DNA of 62,915 bases, filler included, from Collodictyon triciliatum (lineage: Eukaryota), in NCBI GenBank assembly GCA_043381765.1. It is 4 parts of 4 records of this genome, joined end to end, with 100 filler letters (N's around TTAATTAATTAA, not from the genome) between each part and the next. Parts side by side here need not be neighbours in the genome. Positions count along the whole stretch, not along the records: positions 44,935 to 51,839 come from JBHJMP010001227.1; positions 51,940 to 62,915 come from JBHJMP010001236.1; 2 more parts are not named here. One strand, given 5' to 3'. A program made the position numbers and the translations under genes. Below, piece by piece: positions 48,899-59,028 of this stretch. Below the pieces are notes generated by a model. It made no database searches and was not told the origin of the DNA. It saw only the letters and a list, made by a program, of their open reading frames with translations. The stretch's first letter is position 1; each line of letters opens with the position of its first letter.

Positions 48899-50490
48899 TT
48901 ATTCGACGCGGTAGGTTTGCTGATTGCTCTGGATTTCGAGCACAGCATCATAAAAACTAGCAACCACCATTGTGTATGCAACATTATCCGGACCCTGGCC
49001 CTCCCATCTCAGCCGCAATATCATCAACCATGAGCCAGAACTCTGGACATCCACGCCCACAATTTCGCTCTCGACTGCATCCAATACCTTGCAAAGATTA
49101 AATCCGATCACAAATTCTGTGCAGGGCGACCCCCAGCCTCTGCGGCAAACCTGACAGCGTTTGCTACACCTGCATTTTCTAAATTTGCTGCCCCGTCTTG
49201 CTTTCTAACAGCAGCATAATTCTCACCATATGAAACTCCGTCTGTACAAGTGTAAGTCGTTGATACTAATATACCATTTTCATTACGTAATGCGACTGGA
49301 GTATTATTCGCAAAACCACCACCACCACCTTCTCCTAACAAATTCTGTGATGTTTGTATGTGAGGGGTGTGATACCTAGCCCCATTAAACCCGTAAGGTC
49401 CAGTGTATTCCGAACGAATAAAAGTCAACCCTAAAGCCTTTTGTAGCTCTAGGAAAGCCTGGCTAGCATTTCCCTTGGTCGACATGCTTTGAAGTGGATA
49501 GTAGAAGAGCCGAGCTGAAGCTGAGCGCTGACCTGATTTGCCGGCTTGTGCTTTCTGCCTTTCGCAGATATTGTGACTTTATTCTGTTTGTCCTGGCGAA
49601 AGAAAGTAACGTAAACAGCGTTCAAAGATTTCACTGTGTCATTGGTATTAAATGTATGCATTGTGATCGGTGTTCCAGGAATCGAGAATAAGGACGTGCG
49701 CCAAGTTTTGTATGGAATCTAAAGCGGAACACTTCGTGAAATACTAGACTACAATTGAGCGTGATATTCAGGAGCCATCCGAACCAAGTCATAGCTTAAG
49801 AGACAATTGGTTAATTTGTAACTCACGTTATTCGGAGCTTGGCCCACAGTCGCTGCCCCAGTTGTTCGGTTTACCTGAATACACTCAGAACTTGGTGCTA
49901 GCTCGATTTGAAATTGGAAAGCTGAGACACTATCAATCAGCGACATACTGACCAAACCTGAGTAATTTGATATACCTGAAAGTCTAAACGGTATACAATT
50001 TTTCGCAGAAGTACTAATAACACCACTGACTGGGGCAGTCACTAGTTGAACTCTGTTATAATAGTTGTCAATCCCCATCATCGCAGCACCCACACACTTG
50101 TTGTAGTCGTCAGAAATATAGTTCATAAAGATCGAGTCCAAGAAATGATACCGCTGTATATATTCGAGAAGGAAAGGTGTTCCTTTTCTAATCTACAGTG
50201 TTTGAATAATTGATTCTATCGAATTCAGAAACTTTACATTATACGTAGCGCCGTTAGCATCATCTAAAAGAGTAATTTCTGCGTCAAAGTGTAACATCAA
50301 TGTGTCCATGTCAATCTCCATTCCAGTCTCCGATGAGATATTAAACATGACTCGATCCACATTTCGAGGACCAAATTCTGCTCTGTTAAAAGGGTGATAT
50401 TCTTGTGGTGTGACGGGCCAGAACTTTGTCATTATAGTTCCGAATATTCATATACTTTGCCTCGCTAGGATACTCTATACATATGCCAGA
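48899..50490 (-). pseudogene. Polinton-like virus (PLV)/virophage-related double-jelly-roll major capsid protein, endogenised and disrupted
   Basis: ORFs 50193-50432, 49749-50141 and 49449-49661 share one frame (three TAG stops), then 49108-49485 and 48899-49111 follow via two frameshifts, giving a ~520-aa intronless beta-rich protein. Motifs in PLV MCP order: FGPRN..VMFNI..IDMDTLMLHF; NSIESII..LLEYIQRY; IPFRLSG; QIEL; YKLTNCLLSYDLV..EY..IPYKTW; KSLNAVYVTF; QLQLGS.YYP; AFLELQKAL; FVIGFNL; GVD..S..LRL; YDAVLEI. Confidence 0.8.
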
Positions 50491-50520
50491 GAAATAAATT
50501 TCAGATTAAACGAGCTGCTT

Positions 50521-50752
50521 GATATGCTAGATATGCTAGATGTTTTTTCGGCTCTTTTATAGAATAGGTCCTTAGAATCTTTTCTGCTTTACCCTGCTAT
50601 AACTGAATTAATATCTAGCGAATCTAGCACTTCTATCACTTTTTTTTTGAAGAAATAATATAATACATATAAAAGAGTAAGGAGGAAGGCAAGAGAGGAA
50701 TAAATTCTAAGCTACAAGGCCATGCTAGATGTGCTAGAATTGCTAGATATGC
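50521..50752. repeat. Iterated GCTAGA motifs in alternating orientation forming inverted repeats upstream of the capsid gene
   Basis: ATATCTAGCGAATCTAGCAC (50611-50630) is the near-perfect reverse complement of GTGCTAGAATTGCTAGATAT (50731-50750). A further forward pair lies at 50521-50542. Confidence 0.75.
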
Positions 50753-51160
50753 ATGAAAAAGAATTTTACCTGAAGCGCAGCTCACGCCCATGAGTCGCCA
50801 GCGCATAAACCTGTCCCAAGTCATGAATACCAGAGCCGAGTGATTTTGTATTCATCTTCTTGATGTCCATGTCCCAAGAGTAGAGAACCCCATTCCAAGG
50901 TAGTTAGCCGCCTTGATAGTGCTGACCAGGGTATTGGTAATAGTCTGAATGGACGGCTTCACCCCGCTCGAGGTTAGTAGGTTGTCAACCAGTCCCATAC
51001 TAGCATCATCGAGTTTCACATAAGCGTTGTTGAGTCCCTCTAGTCGTCTTATAGCTCTATCAGTTGATGTGGTAAGAAACCGCCTACCTTCGTGCTTCAT
51101 GTTGTGCGTAATTAACAATAATACTTGGGCAGAGATAAAAATCTATGGTATAGCATGCAA
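50750..51160 (-). pseudogene. Probable additional viral ORF remnant upstream of the capsid gene, function unknown
   Basis: ORFs 50852-51118 and 50636-50824 are in the same frame separated by one TGA, intronless and co-oriented with the capsid gene. Confidence 0.35.
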
Positions 51161-51545
51161 CATAACCCTCTCCACAATAAAGGAAAACTAGAATAAAGAA
51201 GGAAAAGAATTATTGAGTATGTTAATTCCTTCTATTGACCGAGTGGTAAAGCTAAACACGAAAAGCTATCCTCTAGTCTTACAAATTATGTATTGGGTTT
51301 AGGAACAAAAACATATAACTATAAATCAGACAATAAAAGTTTAACCTATTGATGCTTTTTTTTATTAACGTATTATAAATAAAAAAAAGCATCAGGTTTT
51401 ACCTGAACGCGAAAACTCAACCCCTTATATACTGTCCTACCCCTTCCTAATGTGGAATTCCAGACTAAGAACTCCTCTTTCTCATACCATATTAGGAAGT
51501 CCGCCGGATAATTTTCGCCGAACCTTCGCTTTAGAATGTACCGTA

Positions 51546-51566
51546 CCTAACCCTAACCCTAACCCT
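51546..51566. repeat. Short interstitial telomere-type repeat (CCCTAA)~3.5
   Basis: CCTAA-CCCTAA-CCCTAA-CCCT. Confidence 0.7.
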
Positions 51567-51684
51567 CGCCTCTAAAAATAAAGGGGGGGTGGGGATGAAG
51601 ACCGACAAAAGAAATTATTCCACTTACTTTTTTATCAACCACAGCATAAACACAAACCTCTATTATTTTAAATTTTATAAAAAA

Positions 51685-51829
51685 TAATAACCCCAATGCC
51701 CCAATGCCCCCTATATTTTATTTCTCTATCTCTATTCTTATTCTTTATCTTATTATATCTTTATATAACAACTATATAATATCTTTATATAACAATTATA
51801 GAAAGGGGTATTGGGGTATTGGGGTATTA
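51685..51829. repeat. Inverted repeat of iterated CCCCAAT(G/A) units around an AT-rich spacer containing a direct repeat
   Basis: CCCCAATGCCCCAATGCCCC (51691-51710) pairs with GGGGTATTGGGGTATTGGGG (51805-51824). The spacer holds two copies of ATATCTTTATATAACAA. Confidence 0.75.
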
Positions 51830-51839
51830 CTTTTTACTT

Positions 51840-51939
51840 NNNNNNNNNNNNNNNNNNNNNNNNNNNNNNNNNNNNNNNNNNNNTTAATTAATTAANNNNN
51901 NNNNNNNNNNNNNNNNNNNNNNNNNNNNNNNNNNNNNNN
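51840..51939. other. Artificial contig-joining linker
   Basis: N44-TTAATTAATTAA-N44. Confidence 0.95.
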
Positions 51940-52037
51940 CTTTTTATTTCTTTTTATTTCTTTTTATTTCTTTTTATTTCTTTTTATTTCTTTTTATTTC
52001 TTTTTATTTCTTTTTATTTCTTTTTATTTCTTTTTAT
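51940..52037. repeat. 10-bp tandem repeat (CTTTTTATTT)n
   Basis: Direct observation. Confidence 0.92.
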
Positions 52038-53160
52038 TCTTCCTTTCAATTTGTGTCGATGATGGGGATTTTTTTCTTTTTCTTTTATTTCTAACTCGTG
52101 AGACTGTGGTACCTGGATGGTTCAACCAATTGCAGCACTGGCGCGACCGTAGCCGTCCAGAACGTAAAACCATATGGATGCACCTGGCAAGTCCAGGATG
52201 GCATCAGCAAACAAGAAAGCCGAACTTTGTTTATTTACCGCCCACAATACGCTCTATGAACAGCAGAGGAATCCAGGATAAGAGAATCTGAAGTCAGGGA
52301 GGGCGCCAAAGAAATCCTTTGTATGAGGCTGTATTAAGGGGGATACGAGCGTGGTTGTGTTTTCTTCAGGCTTAACTCTGCTGTATTCCATGTTGTGATG
52401 TTAGTGTCTGGGCACTGAACATTTCTTGTACTTGACTAAGATTATCCCAATGCATATCGGATAAGAACTCAAGTTCCCAAACCTCCACATCTTGTGAAAA
52501 ATGGTAAGGGAGTTTTAAATGAATAAGGATCGATGTTGTAGCATCAATAGAAAATGAAAATAATATGATAGAAGTCATGAGAAATAGTGTTGTGTTTATG
52601 AAACTGTAGCACGGAAGTGGTGGCTACATAACAGAATAGTTGGGTATAGGGATGATGAAATGTAGGGAAAGGTTGAGGGAAAGGTAACAAAGCGAGGAGT
52701 GTCACAACTCATTATAGATGAAAGTTGAATGGAGAGAGTCTTTTGCCTTCTGTGTCATATTTTCTGCAGATTTTTAAAAGAAAAACGAAATGAAGGGGAA
52801 AAAAGCCAGTGAGGGGCAGAATTCTGATGATATTATCCTCCTTTGTCAAAGTATACACCATCAACGATTTCGGCTAGTTCCCCATCCACTGTTTCAATCT
52901 TTCCATTTTCTATATCTTCCTTGTCACTTTGGTCATCTCCCTTGTATTGGCTAATGTTTCGCATAGATATTTTTAAGCAAATTTTATTTTGTAAAACATA
53001 TATATGCGATAGTGTAAGCAATTCTGGTTTCATGCAAACACGTCATGTGCAAATGAGGATGAAATTTTAAAGTCTCTTTTAAAGGGTTTGTTTGTAGCTA
53101 GGTATATAATATGTTATTATCATTCAACAAATAAATCAGCAGATGAATTGAACAGAAATA

Positions 53161-53973
53161 TTACACTGGTGACATCATAGGCTCCTCCAAAGGCAATTTC
53201 TTTGGCTTTGATGGCTTTGTGATGACGCACTGGTTCAGCACGGTCATAAAGAATGCATAAGAAAACGAAATGATTAGCGCGATGCTATTTTGAGATGTCG
53301 TGAAGGATTCCTTGCGCTTGAAAGAGCCCGGGAAGTCGCAGTAGCTAAGGTAATCCTCTGCATTCTTCTCTCCAGTCTCCAGCCAAATCAGCCAGACAAT
53401 CAGGCTTAGCAATCCGGCCAGTGCCCAGAAAACCCCCCGGACAGGAAAGAATATATCTTTAAGATGGATCAAGCGCACTCTGGTGATTGTCATGAGTAGA
53501 GAAATAAGTCCAAAGAGCAGAACCAAAAAGGCTGTGATAACCGTGAAGATGCCCAACCGACCCAAGTCATTACATGCCTCGAAGTAGCTTGTAGAGTAGT
53601 TCACTTCTGCCTCGCAGTCTTTGTAGCACTGCTCTCTACTTCCGCTCAGATTGGCGCAGCAGCCTTCCACTCGGTACCGATACAAGTCAAAATGGTATGT
53701 CATTGTGGTGTTGCTAACCACACGCGGCTTGTCAGGTTTGCTTCCGCCGCCTCCGCCTGCCTTCAGCTCGTATTGCGCAGGGCCAATATCACTCTCAAGG
53801 CGGCCCTGTGTGTAGGCCTGTGTGCTGTTTCCTGGTGCGATGCAGCTGGCTTCATAGACTATCCAGTCTTCGGTGGAGAAGCGCAAGACCAGGGTCAGCA
53901 AGAAAATGATTCCAGCGCCAGAGCTGCAGAAGAGCATGTATTTAAACTTTTTGAGGTCCACAGGCATTCTCAT
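53161..53973 (-). CDS. Four-TM claudin/PMP22/Sur7-like membrane protein (270 aa)
   Basis: TM1 is followed by STEDW, then a large Cys-rich first extracellular loop (YHFDLYRYRVEGCC resembling the GLW..C motif), then three further TM helices. The C-terminus is ...MSPV. Confidence 0.72.
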   Translation of the reverse strand: MRMPVDLKKFKYMLFCSSGAGIIFLLTLVLRFSTEDWIVYEASCIAPGNSTQAYTQGRLESDIGPAQYELKAGGGGGSKPDKPRVVSNTTMTYHFDLYRYRVEGCCANLSGSREQCYKDCEAEVNYSTSYFEACNDLGRLGIFTVITAFLVLLFGLISLLMTITRVRLIHLKDIFFPVRGVFWALAGLLSLIVWLIWLETGEKNAEDYLSYCDFPGSFKRKESFTTSQNSIALIISFSYAFFMTVLNQCVITKPSKPKKLPLEEPMMSPV

Positions 53974-54681
53974 GGTGACTATCCCTGTGTAGAAAAGAGA
54001 GGTTGAGTTGTGATCAGTGCCTTTGCGGGGCCAGTTGAGTGTGGCACATTACTCAGGATTATAGAGAAGGCTTGGGGAAGGATGTTTGTGCTGAGAGGGG
54101 TGGTTTCTGTCTGTGATTCAATGGTCAAGTTGAGCGTCTTTGGTGGCTGTTAAGTGAATAAGATGTACGGGGTGGGCGAAAGGGGAGGGGAGATCGTAGT
54201 AGTAGCGTTTGAAAAAAGGGGAAAAAAAAAAACACAGCAATAAATAATGACAATAATGATCGAAGCAGAAGAAAATGAAAAGGTCAATTCCCAACAACAT
54301 GGTGTTGCCTGATTTGATCAGCTCTTTTGTATTTTTTTTCCCGCTATGTTTGTATATTTTTCTTTGCATTTTTTTTATTTTTACTTTTTGTTTCTTTGTT
54401 TCTATGTTACTGATCCCACTTTTACGGGAGTTCAAAGATATCCAGTGAAAAAAAAAAAAAAAAAGACAACACGAGCTTCTATCGCAAGAAAAGAAGTACA
54501 GAAATGATCTCTATTGTAAGCGTTCCGTCGATCAGGATAATGCGAGCACGAGCGAACTCGCGCACGCTCTATGACGGCTCTCCAAGCAACACCGCCAGAA
54601 TTCTTTTGATTGGCATCTTTTTCTCATCTGCTATTCTTAAGAAATATTATAATTATTTTTAATTTATTCCATTGAATTAGG

Positions 54682-54743
<62 letters not shown>

Positions 54744-55384
54744 CACTTTCTGACTGTCTCTTCGCCCGCAGCAGCTTCCCGGGACGTTCTGAGGCATTTC
54801 CTTCAGCGACGCTAATCCAGCAAACAGGAGAATTCCACCCTGCCGAATTGCAGGCTGCGTTCAGTAAGTTCACTTGCTAAAGTTTGTTGCAGGTCATATA
54901 AAAACATAATATATAGACAAGCCTTCGGCTGTGCACGTGACTTCACGGTATATATATAATGGTACTGTTTGATTTGACCTCTTCTTAGTATATTTCTGGA
55001 ATATATATGCATTCTTTTTTTTGAGTTGTAATTGTGAGTCCAGACTTTGCATAATTATTATTCATATAACATTATATCAATGATGTTACTGCGAATGACT
55101 CACTTGTCTTCTGCTCTGTACTTGTCATGCCATCTAAGAACTAATGGGGCAACAGATTGCCCACCCAAGGCCGCTTTATTGATCACAACCCCGTCCAGAC
55201 TCACCCAATCAATCCATCAACGAGCAAACAACAAAGTGCTACTTGGCTCCACGAACAGGCCGGGACCCAACCAGTTGATCACCTTGAGTTGTCGCACTAC
55301 TGATTACTTTCTCTAGTCCTTCTATTTGTTCTTTTTATGTTTTTTTTTATTTTTTTTATTTTTTTTATTTTTTTTTTTGCTTTA

Positions 55385-56841
55385 TCAATTTGCCGAGATC
55401 TTATAATTAAGACCACGCAGGCGATCCGAAACCGTCGCACACCAGCGCATTGAATGGGCTTTAGTCTCAACACCATCGCCTTTGCCATCGGGGCTTTGTC
55501 TGGAGTCTTTGTCGCCCAAAACTACGAGATCCCCGACATTGCGAAGCTCTTTGAACAAAACTTGCAGACTGCCCAAAAGATCGAGTCGGAGCACCGCAAG
55601 GAGAAAGGAAGCGGCAAGTAAAGCTGGGTAGGAGGCGCGGCCAAAAGAGAAGAAAAAGGGAGGAGAAATAAAAACAGCCAACAGTAGACCCGAAAACACA
55701 AATACGGAGTGGGCTGAGTTCTTCTCCCAAGACCTCACGCATGAAACCATCGACAGAAAAATAAAGACATCGCAACCCTGAGGCAAGAAACAGCCCGCGC
55801 TGCATTCACTCACCCACCCACTCACACTTCATCCCTTCTGCTATTCTTTAATGTCATAACAGTCCTAACCCTTTATACCATCTTGACTCTCGAAAAGGAC
55901 TTGACACAAAGAGCCCAGACCACCAGAGCATGGGCTCCGTCCCCTGCCAAGGACTTTGCTGGAGGGGAGGGGAGAGAAGGAAAAGAAAAAAGAAAGCCCT
56001 TTCCCTTCTGTGAGCCCAAGTAACCGTATCTGATCACAAAGCCTAAACCTCTATCACCCTGCACAGATTGAAAGAAAGAATACATATAAACCATATCTGA
56101 TGATCAGTGATTTGTGTATGACGATGGTGGTACGTTTAATGTGATTTGAGGGTGCGAGGCATATCGTGTGAGGTGCACTGGGCTTTACTGAGTCCCTCCT
56201 GGAGTTGCTCCGCGCTTGTAATAGACATGCCCCACATAGCGAACGACAGCGCCTGGTGTTGCAGAAGGGAGCGAAGAGATGAGCACAGGGCAAATGTGAG
56301 TCATTAATCAATGAACCATACTCAATGTAAAAACAAAAATATGTGTCGCGAAAGGAGGATGCGGGTCTGTTTGCCAGTGCAGGGCAGACGAGTGTGCGCT
56401 GGTCTGGAGCGCATTGGGTGGCGCAAGGGTAATGTGGGAATGTGTACCGTATGGCAGCATGAAGGAGGAGATAGCGACACAAGTGCCCCATTCGTTTGCA
56501 TTCAAAGGAACTGTGCCGGAAAACGCGCCTCCGAACTGCACGACAATGACCTGGATTCACGCGGGGTTTTGTTTTTAGGAACCGAGCCCTCTTGGGATTG
56601 ATGACAAATATTTCAAGACTTTTTTTTTTTTTTAAAAAAAAAAAGGCTATATACGAGAAAAGTGAGAGATTATGCTCCTCTTTGTTGCCCTCAATAATTT
56701 TACATGGATCTCTCCTCTTTTTTTCTTTTTCTATTAGATTACATGCCTTCAATGAATTAAGACTAACCTGAATAATTCCGATAAAGATTAAGATAATGAC
56801 GAACATAAAGTTGCGTGTGAATCCGGCCATGACGTTAACAA

Positions 56842-56881
<40 letters not shown>

Positions 56882-58950
56882 TATTTACAAAAAAAAAATT
56901 TAAAAAAAAAAAAAGAAAACAACGATATTTACCACCAACTGATTTTAAGAAAAAGAAAAAAAAAAGGATGAAAGGCAAATTCATTCCGTTTATATATAAG
57001 GCTATTTTACCATTATTGATATTGTGTGCGAGGACTTCGTTGAATAGTTGGAGTATAATAAACGTAGTGAAAACAAGGGTATGTATAACATCAATGTCGT
57101 CTTTTCGGTTCAAAACATTTTCGTCTTCATGGGCACTGGGATTAAAGTCAAGCCACTTTGGAACTTGATACCTCATGAGAACAAGGACGGTCACCTGAGA
57201 TATTATGAATTAGCTTTGGTTAAGATTGCACCAGACGAACAATCGTTCGAATGGGTGCCATCATAGGCTGCCACTCGTAAATAAGTCTATTGTGAAGCTA
57301 CAGATGTACTTGTATTCAGAACACACTTGGAAAAAGAATTGGGAAATCATGTATCGCATCATGGATGGAGTAATCAGGTGGTCGCTCCTCTTGTTCCTGG
57401 TGGGTATAAGCAAAAGATTGATGTTAGGCGAGAGGTTATTTCTCCTGGCGAATTTTCACAAATGTATTTGGAACACAAATTTTCAATGGGCCGCCTTCTC
57501 AGGAAAACGTACGGCTTTCTCTCCATGATGGCCGCGTCTGGGGGGTCTGTGGCAAGGGCAAGTGCCCCAAGGGTGTCCATGATCAGATTTACCCACAGCA
57601 GCTGCACTGGGGTCAAAGGGGATTCACCGTCTACAATTGACCCCAGGATGACGATAAAGACGGCGACCTTTGTGTACGAAGTGTTATTCGAACGTATTGA
57701 TATTCGTTTTGGGGAGAGTATCGAAACGAAGAGAGGAAGAAATTGTTCTGGGCGGGGAAAAAGAGAGAGAAGATGGGTGAAACACAAGCGGTGGTGTATT
57801 TTTTTTTTCATCATGCTTTTGTTTTTACCATGTTGACGGAAAGTTGGAATTGGATAAACTTCTGAATACAGTCGTATACATTGCGGCCCCAGCGAATGGC
57901 ATTCACAATGGACCCGAAGTTATCGTCCATAAGGACAATATCTGGCATTTGTTTACGTTTCTTAAATAAGTTATGGGTATTGTACATGAGGGGAATTCGG
58001 AGTGGTGCGAGTATTCCTATGTACCAAGAAAAAAAATGGGACTAACCCGATGCATTCATGGCAATTTGTGTCCCGGCTATTCCCATGGCAAATCCCACAT
58101 CAGCTTCTTTCAACGCAGGTGCATCGTTCGTTCCATCTCCGGTAACTAAAGAGAACCAGAGTAAACTGAGTGACACAATCATGGGGAATTATTGGTAAAC
58201 TCAGGCAGCGTCTTTTGTCTTTTCGTTTAGTTTACATTCTTGAGGGAGTAGAATAAATTGATATGAAATAAAAACCAGCGACGACTTCTCCCATGGCTTT
58301 CAGTCTTGAGACTAACTCGAACTTGTCTGCCGGTGATGAACGGGCAAGAACTCGAATTTTCTTAATCACCTCATCCTTTTGTCTATGAAGCAAATCAGGT
58401 GAGAAATTTGTGAATAATCACTTTAGAATAAAGATATATATATCAAGCTTCGTAGTAAATAAATAGAAAGTTCTTGTTTTTTTTTTTCCATTATAATGTA
58501 CTTTATCAAAATACTGGGCGTGTCTACTTACGAATCGGATAGCTCTCTGAACTTAGGTCCTTCCATCGCTAGGTCATTATCACTGAGGATTCCACATTCT
58601 CGGGCGATTGTGGTGGCTGTCAAGATATTATCGCCAGTGACCATGCGGACAGTTACACCCGCACTCTTTTTTATAAGAAAAAATTGATTCAGCATGGTAA
58701 AACTGGCAATTAATAATTTTTTATTATTATCAATATATGCAAGCTACTATTGCAAAAAAGAAAAAGAAAAAGAAAAAGAAAAAGAAAAAGAAAAAGAAAA
58801 AGAAAAAGAAAAAAGAAATGTGGTCTTCTTACCTGGCAAGCCCTCACTGCTTCTGGCACATTTTTGCGCAGGGGGTCCTTCAGATTTCAAAAAAAAAAAA
58901 AAAATGTTAAGGTTATATTGACACATAAAAACAACTAAAAATTTTGGAAT

Positions 58951-59028
<78 letters not shown>

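Noticed and set aside
3628-50490. Alternative genetic code (TGA=Cys in the Fanzor zinc finger, TAG=Gln in the capsid gene)
   Set aside because: Both genes also carry frameshifts, and host genes in the window end in TAG (34497) or TGA (41440), so ordinary decay explains the stops.
23958-51939. Recurrent TTAATTAATTAA palindrome (24002, 44879, 51884)
   Set aside because: Each is centred in exactly 44+44 Ns, so it is a scaffolding linker rather than biology. It also makes cross-linker gene neighbourhoods unreliable.
52100-53070. Short ORFs that might be transposon remnants
   Set aside because: No recognisable domain or consistent splicing pattern.
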